DNA from: an uncultured delta proteobacterium
GTDB lineage: Bacteria > Myxococcota > UBA727 > VGSZ01
Length of the DNA: 64,000 nucleotides
Reading direction: 5' to 3'
Assembly: GCA_963775425.1 (NCBI GenBank)
Contig: CAVZJB010000011.1
Location: 160,001 to 224,000, forward strand
The translations under genes were made by a program, and so were the position numbers. Shown in pieces: positions 1-9,596 of this stretch. The notes beneath the pieces are model-generated. The model saw nothing but the letters and a program-made list of their open reading frames with translations. It did no database searches and had not been told where the DNA came from. The first letter of the stretch is position 1; each line of letters starts with the position of its first letter.

Positions 1-147
1 GCGCCGCTCGGCGCCGGGACCACCATCGCCGACCTCGCCGCCGACGGATCCACGGCGGTCTTCGTGTCACCGAGCGGCACGCTCACGTCGCCGGCGCTGT
101 CGGACGTGAGCTTCTTCGGCCGCGTCTACTCCGCGCTCTTGCCGTAG
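1..147 (+). CDS. 3' end of a hypothetical protein (partial, enters from window edge)
   Basis: Frame 1 is open from base 1 to TAG at 145-147 with high GC3 (APLGAGTTIADLAADG...YSALLP*). Confidence 0.55.
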   Translation, partial: APLGAGTTIADLAADGSTAVFVSPSGTLTSPALSDVSFFGRVYSALLP

Positions 148-151
148 CTCA

Positions 152-370
152 GCCACCGGCGATTTCCTGCTGTTTCGCTACCCGGGCCTCGGAGGTTCCT
201 ACGAGGCGCCTCTGGCCTCCGATCGCGGTGTCGAGGCGGCGTGGCGGCAATATGAGACGCGCCACCGGAAGCTCGCGACGCCGCGGCAGAAGAGCATGCG
301 CTTCACCGCGTCGCTCCTCGTGCCGCAAACGCGCGCCGGCCTCGCCGTGAGGAACCTCGCGCTCAGGTCC
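152..370 (+). pseudogene. Possible remnant of an FAD-dependent monooxygenase C-terminus
   Basis: Reads ...VEAAWRQYETRHRKLATPRQKSMRFTASLLVPQTRAGLAVRNLALR, resembling from memory the C-terminal helix of FAD monooxygenases. No start codon or FAD motif. Confidence 0.35.
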
Positions 371-511
371 TGCCGCTCGGCGGGTCCGCCCGGAGGCGCC
401 GGTCGGCCTACGCCTGACTCGAGGCACCGCCGTCGCGCGGCTCCCCGGGTGACGCCGCCGGTGCCGCGCACGGGGCGCGGCTCGTTGCCTCGCCGTGGGA
501 CGCTCGCGACG

Positions 512-3500
512 TCACGGGATGTACTCGGCGGGCGCGCGCGGCGTGCCCCCGTTGAAGAACACCGAGCCGTTGGCGCCGACGGCGCCGTCCATCAAGGTGG
601 TGGGCTCGTTGTCGTGCGTGATGCCGGACCACGCGTCGGCCACGGGGTCGTAGCGGCCGCCGACGCCGGGGCTCTGCCACACCACGAAGGTGGTGCCGCT
701 CCACGCGGCGAGCGTGGTGCGCGTGAGCGTGGGTCCGCCGCCGGCGAGCCGGCGCCAGGTGTTCGTCGTCGGATCGTAGGCGCCGCCGTCGACGCCGCCC
801 CACTCGATGAGCTCGTCGCCGCTCCACGCGCACGCGGGGAAGAACGTGGCGCTCGGCGCGTTGGCGGCGCTCATCGGGCTCCACGCGTCGAGCGCGGGGT
901 CGTAGCGCGCGCCGTCGCCGAGCGCGCCGCTCTGGTCGCGGCCGCCCCAGACGAGGACGAGCGCGCCGGTCCATTGCATGCACAGGTCCTCGCGCGGCGC
1001 CGGCGCGTCCGTGGACGGCAGCGCCGTCCACGTGTCGGCGTCGGGGTCGTAGCGGCCGCCGTCGCCGAGGGGGATGAAGTTGAACGTGTTGTCGAAGAAG
1101 CCGCCGCCGAACACGACGAGCTCGCTGTCGGTGAACACCGCGCCGTTGTTGGAGCGGCCGGCAGGCGCGTTGGTGCTGGTGATGGGCGACCACGCGTCGA
1201 GAACGGGGTCGTACGAGAAGCCGGTGGAGAAGCGCGAGGTGCTGTTGCCGCGCCCGCCCCAGACGAGCAGCGCGGCCCCGCTCCACGCGACGGACGGATC
1301 GAGGCGGAACTCGGGCTGCCCGACGTCGCTCATCTGCGAGAACGCGCCGGTGTCGATGTCGTAGCGCGTGCCGGGCCGCTCGTGGAAGCTCAGGATCTCG
1401 ATGCCGGTGAAGGCCGGGCGGTTGCTCGCCATCCCGGGCGCGGTGTCGGTGGCGGTCCACGCGTCGGCGGCGACGTCGTAGCGGCCCCCGTCGCTCTGCT
1501 GTGCGCCGCCCCACACGATCATCTCGTTGCCGGTGAACGCCGCGCCGTGCGAGGTGCGCGCCGGCGGCGCGTTCGTGGCGCTCGTCGGCGTCCAGGCGTC
1601 GGCGACGGGGTCGTACACGCCGCCGTCCCCGACCGGCAGCGTGCTCGAGAACGGCCGCCCGCCCCAGATGATCATGCGCGTCCCCGTCCACACGGCGGTC
1701 TGCTCGACGCGCGCGGAGGGCGCGCTCGTCGTCGTCACCGGCGCCCACGTGTCGGTGCCCGGGTCGTAGCGGCCGCCGGCGACGGCGCTGTTGTGCTCGC
1801 CCCACACGACCATCTGCTCGCCGGTGAACACGGCGGTGCCGGTGAACGGCATCAAGGGCTGCCCGGTGGTGGACATCGCGCTCCACGCGTCGGTCGCCGG
1901 GTCGTAGCGCAGGCCGCCGCCGAAGCCGCTGCCGCCGAACACGAGCATCTCGGTGCCGGTCCACACCGCGGCGTGTCCGCTGCGGCCGGAGGGCGCGTCG
2001 GCGATGGGCGCCCACGTGTCGGTGGCGGGGTCGTAGGAGGCGCCGTCGACGAGCGGGAAGCTGCCCGCGTTGCCGCCCCAGACGATCACGTGGTCGCCCG
2101 TCCACACCGCCGTCTCGCCGCTGCGCGAGCGGGGCGCGCCGACGACGCTGACGGGCTGCCAGCGATCGAGCTCGGGGTCGTAACGGCCGCCGCTGGTGCC
2201 GCCGGTGCCGCCCCAGACGATCATCTCGCGCCCGGTCCACACCGTGTCTTGCTGTGACCGCGCGCTCGGCGCGCCGACGTTGGTGATGTTGTGCCAGCGA
2301 TCGGTGACGGGGTCGTAGCGCCCGCCCGTCGCCGTCTCGTTGCCGAAGCTGTTCTGGTTGGTGCCGCCCCAGACGAGCAGCTCCATGCCGCTCCACACGA
2401 TGGACGCGTGGAAGCGTCCCGCGGGCACGGAGTCCGGGATGACCCACACGTCGCTGCCGCGCACCGTCACGCCGACGTGGTTGCTGTCGATGCCGCCGGC
2501 GGTGGCGACGAAGAGGTCGTCGAGCCCCGCGGGCGTCGACGCGGCCACGTCGAACGACGCGGCGTCGTCGGCCCACCCGGTGACGGTCATCGGCGTCGCG
2601 CCGATGGCACCGGCGCCGCTGGCCGTGCCGAAGGAGCTGCCGCTGATCTGAAGCGACGCGCCCGGCGAAAACGACGACGGGTCGACGTCGCGGATCCACG
2701 GCAGGATGCCGAGCGTGGCCGTGGCGCTTTTCGGGTTGACCGACACGGTGACGTCGCCGGCGTCGAGCGTCGCGGGGATGACGGCGACGATGAGGCTGTC
2801 GGACCACGTCGTCACTTGCGCGGTGACGCCGCCGATGACGACGGTGGAGCCGCCCTGCACGTCACCGAAGCCCGTGCCCTCGATGATCAGCGGGCCACCC
2901 ACGGCGCCGCGCTCCGGCGTGAGCGCCCGGATGAGCGTGGCGCCCACGGTCCACGTCCACAGCGGCGGCACGGCCTCGACGTTGCCGGCGTCGTCGGTGG
3001 CCTCGATCTGCATCACGTGCGCGCCGTCGCCGAGCGCGTCGATGGTGAACGGCGAGGTGCACGGGGCGGCGGCGGCCGCGTCGAGGGCGCACAGGAAGGT
3101 GGCCTGCTCGTTTGCGACGAAGCGGAACGTGGCGGACGTGTCGGCGGAGCTCGGGGGTCCCGCGAGGATGGTGGTCGTCGGCGCGGTGAGGTCGAGGGTC
3201 CAGCCAGCGAAGGCGGCCGCGCCGCGGTTGCCGGCGGCGTCGTCGGCGGTGACGCGGAATTGGTGCGGGCCCTCGGCGAGCGCGGGGGTGTCGACGGGCG
3301 ACACGCAGGCGGCGAAGGCGCCGGCGTCGACGGCGCAGCGGAAGGTGCACGCCCCCTCGCTGCAGTGGAACGCGACGTGGGCGGCGGCGGCGTTCGTGAG
3401 CGCCGGCGGCGCCTCGTCGATGACGACGGTGGGCGCCGCGGTGTCCACGGTCCAGTCGACGGTCCGTGCGTCGGTGCCGCCGGCGCTCGTGGCGGTGACG

Positions 3501-4048
3501 GTGAAGCTGTGGTCGCCGTCGCCGACGGAGATGTTCTGGGGCGAGGTGCAGGGCGCTTCCGTGGCGCCGTCGACGGCGCAGGTGAAGGTGCACGTCTGAT
3601 CGCAGGTGAAGGCGAACGTCGCCGCGCTCTGGTTCGTCAGCGCCGGCGGCGCCGCCGTGACCGTCAGGACCGGCGCGACGTCGCCCTCTCCTTCACCCTC
3701 GCCTTCGCCTTCTCCCTCTCCTTCGCCTTCGCCTTCACCCTCGCCTTCTCCTTCACCCTCGCCTTCTCCTTCACCTTCTCCTTCTCCTTCACCCTCGCCT
3801 TCTCCTTCACCCTCGCCTTCTCCTTCGCCTTCTCCTTCTCCCTCGCCTTCTCCTTCACCCTCGCCTTCGCCTTCGCCTTCGCCCTCGCCCTCGCCTTCTC
3901 CTTCACCCTCGCCTTCGCCCTCGCCTTCCGCGGGCCCTGCGTCGGGCGACGGCGCCGGCGGGGCGGGACAGGCGGTCGCGGCCAAGAGCCAGGCGAGGAC
4001 GGACAGGACCGAAAAGACCTTCAAACGCCTCAATTCCCTGGCGAGCAT
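512..4048 (-). CDS. Large surface lipoprotein: (EG)41 linker, Ig-like repeats, IPT/TIG domains, C-terminal Kelch-type beta-propellers
   Basis: Hydrophobic N-terminus ending LAATAC; EG tract; FTCAVDGA/WTVDTAAP Ig-like repeats; GTGFG IPT motif; many AVWTGxEMIVWGG...GGRYDPxxDxW repeats. Confidence 0.85.
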   Translation of the reverse strand: MLARELRRLKVFSVLSVLAWLLAATACPAPPAPSPDAGPAEGEGEGEGEGEGEGEGEGEGEGEGEGEGEGEGEGEGEGEGEGEGEGEGEGEGEGEGEGEGEGEGEGEGEGEGEGEGEGEGEGDVAPVLTVTAAPPALTNQSAATFAFTCDQTCTFTCAVDGATEAPCTSPQNISVGDGDHSFTVTATSAGGTDARTVDWTVDTAAPTVVIDEAPPALTNAAAAHVAFHCSEGACTFRCAVDAGAFAACVSPVDTPALAEGPHQFRVTADDAAGNRGAAAFAGWTLDLTAPTTTILAGPPSSADTSATFRFVANEQATFLCALDAAAAAPCTSPFTIDALGDGAHVMQIEATDDAGNVEAVPPLWTWTVGATLIRALTPERGAVGGPLIIEGTGFGDVQGGSTVVIGGVTAQVTTWSDSLIVAVIPATLDAGDVTVSVNPKSATATLGILPWIRDVDPSSFSPGASLQISGSSFGTASGAGAIGATPMTVTGWADDAASFDVAASTPAGLDDLFVATAGGIDSNHVGVTVRGSDVWVIPDSVPAGRFHASIVWSGMELLVWGGTNQNSFGNETATGGRYDPVTDRWHNITNVGAPSARSQQDTVWTGREMIVWGGTGGTSGGRYDPELDRWQPVSVVGAPRSRSGETAVWTGDHVIVWGGNAGSFPLVDGASYDPATDTWAPIADAPSGRSGHAAVWTGTEMLVFGGSGFGGGLRYDPATDAWSAMSTTGQPLMPFTGTAVFTGEQMVVWGEHNSAVAGGRYDPGTDTWAPVTTTSAPSARVEQTAVWTGTRMIIWGGRPFSSTLPVGDGGVYDPVADAWTPTSATNAPPARTSHGAAFTGNEMIVWGGAQQSDGGRYDVAADAWTATDTAPGMASNRPAFTGIEILSFHERPGTRYDIDTGAFSQMSDVGQPEFRLDPSVAWSGAALLVWGGRGNSTSRFSTGFSYDPVLDAWSPITSTNAPAGRSNNGAVFTDSELVVFGGGFFDNTFNFIPLGDGGRYDPDADTWTALPSTDAPAPREDLCMQWTGALVLVWGGRDQSGALGDGARYDPALDAWSPMSAANAPSATFFPACAWSGDELIEWGGVDGGAYDPTTNTWRRLAGGGPTLTRTTLAAWSGTTFVVWQSPGVGGRYDPVADAWSGITHDNEPTTLMDGAVGANGSVFFNGGTPRAPAEYIP
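3683..3928 (-). repeat. Coding hexamer repeat, (Glu-Gly)x41
   Basis: 246 nt of GAR-GGN with mixed synonymous codons. Confidence 0.95.
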
Positions 4049-4078
4049 CCCATGCGCTCTCCAGCGGCAGCAAGGTGG

Positions 4079-4645
4079 CTAGCGGCCTCGCCTCTCGAGG
4101 AGCCCTCTTCCCTCGAAGATCGCGGGCATCGCCTTGTCGATCCTCGCGATCCGCGTCGCAGGCTGCTTCGCGCCGGCGAAGTGGAACAGGTAGCCCCTTC
4201 GCCGCCCGGGCGTCAGCGCCTCGAACGCGCGCTTGAACCGCGGGTCCTTGCGAAACTTCTCCTTCAGCTCGTCGGGCACGGGCAGGTCCGGGCGGCTCTT
4301 GTCCACCTTCAACCCGGCCTTCTCGGCCGCCACGGCTTCGCGCACGTAGGCCTTGATGGTCGCGGCCTTCGTCGCGATCTCCTTCGCGCCGGTGAACTTC
4401 ATCACCCGCGCTGCCTGAACCTGCCCGAGCTGCACCAGCAGCTTCTTCGGGTCCTTCAGCAGCGCACCTTGAAAGAAGCCCAACGCGCAATACTCCTTGA
4501 AGCCCTGGATGATGACGACGTTCTTGCCGTCCATCGTGTAGCAGGGCTTCCCCCACTTGCACTCCTCCTTCAAATCGAAGCCGGACAGGAGCCTCTGCAG
4601 CTCGGCAATCTCAGCCCGCCACCGCTGTCGATACGCCATCTCCAT
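4079..4645 (-). CDS. YdeI/OmpD-associated family protein (DUF1801 plus OmdA-like C-terminus)
   Basis: EECKWGKPCY, GFKEYCALGFFQGALLKD, AFEALTPGRRRGY; GAGGAGG RBS upstream of ATG at 4645. Confidence 0.85.
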   Translation of the reverse strand: MEMAYRQRWRAEIAELQRLLSGFDLKEECKWGKPCYTMDGKNVVIIQGFKEYCALGFFQGALLKDPKKLLVQLGQVQAARVMKFTGAKEIATKAATIKAYVREAVAAEKAGLKVDKSRPDLPVPDELKEKFRKDPRFKRAFEALTPGRRRGYLFHFAGAKQPATRIARIDKAMPAIFEGRGLLERRGR

Positions 4646-4870
4646 GCTGCACCTCCTCGTTGCACGTCGCGATGGGGCCGGAAGGGCGACGCCGTCGGAT
4701 CCGATGCTACCGACATGCGTCCCGCCTGAAGAGCCCTCGGCTCGGGCGTTCCGACGCGTCACCGGGGACATGCCGTCGGCGCGGAGGGACCTGCGGGTCA
4801 CCGGTGATGCTCGCCGCCAACGCCACAACGACAGCGAGGACGGGCACAGTGCGTGTATAACAGCCTTCGC

Positions 4871-6202
4871 ATGACGCGCGACGACGAGACCACCATGGGC
4901 CCGAGCCAGGCTCGCGCGCGGCACCCGCCACGCGCGACGCTGCGGGTGGTGTTCTCGGGCGACGCCCCGACCGTCGACGTTCACGCGTTGCGCCAGGGGA
5001 CCACCGCCGTCGGCCGCAGCGTCGACGCCGTGCTCGGCATCCGCCTCGACGACCCGCGGCTGTCGCGCGAGCACGCCGTCGTCGTCGTCGACGGGGGCCG
5101 CGTGCGCGTGGTGAACAAGAGCCAGCACGGCACGTTCCAAAACGGCGTGGCCGTCGAGGACGCCCTGCTCGCCGACGGCGACGTGCTTCAGCTCGGCGAC
5201 ACCTTCGCCGTCTTCCGGCTCGTGCCCGCGGACGTCGTCGACGTGATCAACAACGCCATCATCGGCGTGTCGCCGGCGGCGGCCCAGTTGCGCTCGACGG
5301 TGAAGCTCGTCGGGCCCACCGGCGCCTCCGTGCTGCTGCTCGGGCCCACCGGCGCCGGCAAAGACGTGCTCGCCCGCGCCCTCCACGACGAGAGCGGGCG
5401 CACGGGCGCGTTCATCGCCGTGAACGCCACGGCCATCCCCGAGAGCCTCGCGGAGAGCCAGCTCTTCGGCCACCTCGCCGGATCGTTCACGGGCGCCAAG
5501 GGCGATCATCCGGGGTGGTTCCGGCAGGCCGACGGCGGGACGCTGTTCCTCGACGAGGTCGGCGACATCCCGCTCGCGCTCCAGCCCAAGCTCCTGCGCG
5601 TCCTCGACGAACGGCGCGTCACTCCGGTGGGCGCCGCCCACGCCGTGCCGGTCGACGTCCGCGTGCTCGCCGCCACCAACGCGGACCTCGAGGCCCGCGT
5701 CGCCGACGGCCGCTTCCGCGGTGATCTCTACGCGCGGCTCGCCGAGATCTCGGTGCGGCTGCCGCCGCTGTCGGCGCGCAAGGAAGACGTGATGCCGCTG
5801 TTCGAGCACGCGCTGCCCAAGGGGCACGCTCCCTACGAGCCCGCCCTCGTGCGCGCGCTGCTCGCGTACGCGTGGCCCTACAACGTGCGTGAGGTGATGA
5901 AGGTGGCCACCGAGCTCGCCGTGCGCGGCGAGGGCCGCCCGCTGCTGGCGCTGGACCTCGTGGAGGAGCGGCTGCGCAGCCGCCCCGCGCCCGCCGGGGG
6001 CCCCCCGGCGACGAGCGCGCCCGCGCCCGCCGGCGACCCCGCGCGCGATCCGGTGCCGGACAAGGAGCAGCTTCAAGAGCTGCTCAAGCGCCATCGCGGC
6101 GTCATCGCGGAGATCGCCCGGGCCACCGGCCGCTCGCGCAAGCAGGTCTACCGCTGGCTCGACAAGCACGGCCTGCGCGGCGCCCTCGCCGACGACACCT
6201 GA
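4871..6202 (+). CDS. FHA-domain sigma54-dependent transcriptional activator (bEBP)
   Basis: FHA (VGR...LSREHA...HGTFQNG); Walker A GPTGAGKD; ESQLFGH-GSFTGA; LFLDEVG; FRGDLYARL; WPYNVRE; C-terminal Fis-type HTH. Confidence 0.92.
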   Translation: MTRDDETTMGPSQARARHPPRATLRVVFSGDAPTVDVHALRQGTTAVGRSVDAVLGIRLDDPRLSREHAVVVVDGGRVRVVNKSQHGTFQNGVAVEDALLADGDVLQLGDTFAVFRLVPADVVDVINNAIIGVSPAAAQLRSTVKLVGPTGASVLLLGPTGAGKDVLARALHDESGRTGAFIAVNATAIPESLAESQLFGHLAGSFTGAKGDHPGWFRQADGGTLFLDEVGDIPLALQPKLLRVLDERRVTPVGAAHAVPVDVRVLAATNADLEARVADGRFRGDLYARLAEISVRLPPLSARKEDVMPLFEHALPKGHAPYEPALVRALLAYAWPYNVREVMKVATELAVRGEGRPLLALDLVEERLRSRPAPAGGPPATSAPAPAGDPARDPVPDKEQLQELLKRHRGVIAEIARATGRSRKQVYRWLDKHGLRGALADDT

Positions 6203-6303
6203 AGCGAGAAAAAAAGCTGAGGCACGCACTCTGAAGAGAAGTGCTGCCGACCGGAGGGAGGCGCGCACTCTGACCGAGCGAAGCGAGGGAAGGCGTGCGG
6301 AAC

Positions 6304-6332
6304 AAAAAAAGAAAGGCCCGCTTGCGCGGGCC
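6304..6332 (-). terminator. Rho-independent terminator of the RRM gene
   Basis: Minus strand GGCCCGC-GCAA-GCGGGCC followed by TTTCTTTTTTT. Confidence 0.8.
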
Positions 6333-6364
6333 CTCCTCGTCGTCACGAGAGTGACGACGTCAAC

Positions 6365-6670
6365 TCACCAGCGCTTGCCGCCGCGGCCACCGCCGCCGCC
6401 GCCGCCGCCGAAGCCGCTCTCCTTGGGGCGCGCGACGTTCACCGTGAGCGCGCGGCCTTCGTACATCTGCCCGTCGAGGGCGCTGATGGCGGCCTTGGCC
6501 GCCTGGTCGGTGCCCATCTCGACGAAGCCGAAGCCGCGGGAGCGGCCGGTCTCGCGATCGGTGACGATCGAGGAACGATCGACGCTGCCGTAGCTGGCGA
6601 AGAGCTGCGCGAGCTGCTCCTCAGTGGTGTTGAACGAGAGGTTTCCGACGTAGAGCTTGTTTTCAGCCAT
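6365..6670 (-). CDS. RRM RNA-binding protein with Gly-rich tail
   Basis: RNP2 LYVGNL, RNP1 RGFGFVEM, GGGGRGG tail. Confidence 0.95.
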   Translation of the reverse strand: MAENKLYVGNLSFNTTEEQLAQLFASYGSVDRSSIVTDRETGRSRGFGFVEMGTDQAAKAAISALDGQMYEGRALTVNVARPKESGFGGGGGGGGRGGKRW

Positions 6671-6920
6671 TTGAGAACTTTCCCGGGAACTGCTGCGCCT
6701 TCCCACCGTCACCCATTGACGGCATGGAAGCCCAGCTTCTGGACGCTTGCGAGCGCGCGACGGCTGCTGTTTTGAGGGGCAGTGGGGCGAGCAAACAGGT
6801 CGAACCAGACCTGTGTACAGAGTACGGGCTCGGGCGCACGAAGCAAGATCATTCGACGGGATCGGCTCCGGTGGCGCACGGACGCCGAATTTCCGACCGG
6901 ACGGAGCCGCGGCCGCGCCG

Positions 6921-9596
6921 CTACGGGCTCCGGTGGCATTGCGCGCACTTCTCGGACTTGTGCTCGTAGCCCTGGACGTCCTTGTGGTTCTTGGCCTCGA
7001 TATCGGCGTTGTGCGCGTGGCACTCGGCGCAGCGCACGGGGACCCCGGCGCAGCTCCCTGTGGAGGCCGCGCCGCGCAGGCCGGAGTGGCACTCGTTGCA
7101 GGAGACGGGTGCGTGGACGCCGCGCAGGATCGGGAAGCAGGCCTCGTGCTGCAGGAACGCCGCCGGCGTGAAGGCCACCGGCTGGTGGCAGGTGCGGCAG
7201 TCGGCGGTGAAGGGGGCGCGCGCGTGGTCGACGGTGACGAGCGACGCGCGCGCGGCGTCCTTGGCGTGGCACGCGACGCACGCGAGCGCGGCGCGGCTGA
7301 ATGTGCGCTCGCGCTTCTCGATGTGGCACTCCTCGCAGGGCAGGGCGGCGTGGCGGCCGACCAGCGGGAAGTTCGTGCGCCGGTGCGCGTCGACGGTGAA
7401 GTTGGGCGCGTTGAAGCCGTCCTCGGTGTGGCAGGAGCGGCACATCAAGCCGAACTCCTGCGCGTGCGGATCCTGATGGCAGCCCGCGCAGCTCGTCGGG
7501 ATGGGACGCGACGTATCGCCGCCGTGGCAGTCGACGCAGCCGACGCCGCGGTGCTTGCCGACGAGCGGGAACGGCGTCCTGTCGTGGGCGAAGCGCGCCG
7601 GCGACCACCCCTTGGGCGCGTGGCACGCGTCGCAGCCGACGGCGTTTTTGCCGGTGGCGTCGAGCGCGAGGTGCGCGAGGGCGTCCTCGGGCCCCGCCAC
7701 GGTCGTCGTCGCCGTCTCCGTCGCCGCCGTCGTCGTCGTTGCACCGTGCACGGGGGGCGCCGCCTTCGCGTCCTTCGGCGCGGGCGCCTTCGTCGTCGCC
7801 GCGGCCTCAGCGGGGGCGGGCGCGCGCGACGGGCCGGGGGCCGGCGCGAAGTCGTTGAAGCCGCCCTTGTGCTCGTCCTGGTGACAGCTCGCGCACGCGG
7901 TCGGCAGTGGCTTGTAGCGCGCGGTCTTCAAGGTGCCGGTGTCGATGACCTCGTGGCACGCGGCGCAGCGCGCGGTCTTGTGCTTGCCCTCGAGGGGGAA
8001 CGAGCTTTGTTTGTCGTGATCGAACTTGGCCGGCTTGAAGCCCTTGGTGGAGTGGCACTGCTCGCACGCCGTGACGCCGTCCTTGGCGAGCTGGCCGACG
8101 TGTTGGTCGGCGTGGCACGAGGCGCACGCGGTGTCGACGGGCTTGTACATGACGATGCCCCGCATGTGCCCCTTGGCGTCGGCGGCGGGGTAGTGGCACG
8201 CGCCGCACTCCACGGCCTTGTGCTTGCCCGTGAGCGGGAAGCGGCTGTCGTCGTGGTTGAACACGATCTTGTCGAACGACGACGCCTGGTGGCATTGGTC
8301 GCACGCCTTGCCCTTGTCGCCGCTGAACTGCCCGCCGTGCGGATCGCGGTGGCAGGCCTCGCACTTGCCCGTGGCGTCGGGCAGCGCCAGCTTCACGTCG
8401 CTCACCAGGAGCGGGCGGCCGTGGCGCGACAGCTCGCGCCTCACCGACGACGGCACCTTGCGCAAGAGCCCGCGGTCGCTCTTGTGGCAGAGGTTGCAGG
8501 CGACGGCGCGGTGGGAGCCGGCGAGGGCGAAGCGGGTGTCGTCGTGCATCTTCACGTCGAAGAGCACCGGGGTGAAGCCCGTGACCGAGTGGCACTTCTC
8601 GCAGTCGGCCTTCACTTGCCCTTCGTGTGCGTCGGCGTGGCACGCGCCGCAGGTCTCGTGCTTCAAGCCCTTGAACACCGCGCGCTGTCCGGGGAACGGA
8701 CCGTGGCAGCTCTTGCACGCCACCGACGTGTGCTCGCCGCGCAGCGGGAACTTGGTCTTGTCGTGGAAGCCTGTGTCGTGCGCGGTCTGCTTGATGACCT
8801 TCCAGCCGCTCTCGCTGTGACACTTGACGCAGTTCTTGCCGAACTCGCCGTGGTGCACGTCGTCGTGACACGCGAGGCAACTGTTCTGGCCGATGCCCTT
8901 GAGCTGCATCTGCATGTACGTGCGCGCGCGTGGCTTGGGGAACGCGTCCATGCGCGTGCTCTCGTCGGTGGCGTCCTCGTGGCACTTGGCGCATGCCACG
9001 GAGTTGTGGCGGCCCTTCAAGCGGAAGTCGGCGAGCGGCGGCTTGTGCACGAAGCGCGTAGGCTTCCAGTCGTCGTTGCCGTGACAGCGCGTGCACTCGT
9101 TGCCCTCCTGGCCGCGGTGCTCGTCGAAGTGACACTTGGTGCAGGCCGACGACAGGCCGAGGAACGTGCGTGTCCGCTTCTTTTCCGTGAGGAGCTTCTT
9201 CACTGCGCCGTCGAGGATGCGCCGGGCCTCGTGACAGTCGCGGCAGTCGTTCTTCTGGTGGGCGCCGTGGAGCGGCCAACCCGTGAGCGCGTGGTTGAAG
9301 CTCCGCATGGACCAGTGGATGAGCGAGTCGCCGGTGCCGCCCTTGTGCTCCTTGTGGCACTCGGCGCACAGCTCGTTCTTGTTGCGCGCGTGGTAGCCGA
9401 CGCCCTGGTCGATGCGCGACGCGATCTCCTTGTGGCAGGCGAGGCACTTGGGGTTCGAGTGCTTGCCGCCCTCCTCGTGGCACTTGGTGCACGACGTCAG
9501 GCCGTCGAGCTGCTTGTGCGCGCTCGACAACGGCCCCGGCGAGAACACCTGCGCCGCGATCTGCGCCGAAGACAGGAGGATGACGGCCGCAATCAC
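6921..9596 (-). CDS. Periplasmic multiheme cytochrome c (30 CxxCH)
   Basis: 30 CxxCH counted; repeated FxHxxxxFPLxGxH units; N-terminal signal then FSPGPLSSAH; GTGA overlap with the upstream stop. Confidence 0.92.
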   Translation of the reverse strand: MIAAVILLSSAQIAAQVFSPGPLSSAHKQLDGLTSCTKCHEEGGKHSNPKCLACHKEIASRIDQGVGYHARNKNELCAECHKEHKGGTGDSLIHWSMRSFNHALTGWPLHGAHQKNDCRDCHEARRILDGAVKKLLTEKKRTRTFLGLSSACTKCHFDEHRGQEGNECTRCHGNDDWKPTRFVHKPPLADFRLKGRHNSVACAKCHEDATDESTRMDAFPKPRARTYMQMQLKGIGQNSCLACHDDVHHGEFGKNCVKCHSESGWKVIKQTAHDTGFHDKTKFPLRGEHTSVACKSCHGPFPGQRAVFKGLKHETCGACHADAHEGQVKADCEKCHSVTGFTPVLFDVKMHDDTRFALAGSHRAVACNLCHKSDRGLLRKVPSSVRRELSRHGRPLLVSDVKLALPDATGKCEACHRDPHGGQFSGDKGKACDQCHQASSFDKIVFNHDDSRFPLTGKHKAVECGACHYPAADAKGHMRGIVMYKPVDTACASCHADQHVGQLAKDGVTACEQCHSTKGFKPAKFDHDKQSSFPLEGKHKTARCAACHEVIDTGTLKTARYKPLPTACASCHQDEHKGGFNDFAPAPGPSRAPAPAEAAATTKAPAPKDAKAAPPVHGATTTTAATETATTTVAGPEDALAHLALDATGKNAVGCDACHAPKGWSPARFAHDRTPFPLVGKHRGVGCVDCHGGDTSRPIPTSCAGCHQDPHAQEFGLMCRSCHTEDGFNAPNFTVDAHRRTNFPLVGRHAALPCEECHIEKRERTFSRAALACVACHAKDAARASLVTVDHARAPFTADCRTCHQPVAFTPAAFLQHEACFPILRGVHAPVSCNECHSGLRGAASTGSCAGVPVRCAECHAHNADIEAKNHKDVQGYEHKSEKCAQCHRSP

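Noticed and set aside
3606-4082. Poly(Ser-Pro) ORFs (also 15072-15611, 23453-23893, 30538-31653)
   Set aside because: Antisense shadows of the (EG)n tracts
4646-6346. 755-aa minus-strand ORF extending the YdeI-like gene
   Set aside because: Antisense to the bEBP; the YdeI-like domain has its own RBS and ATG at 4645
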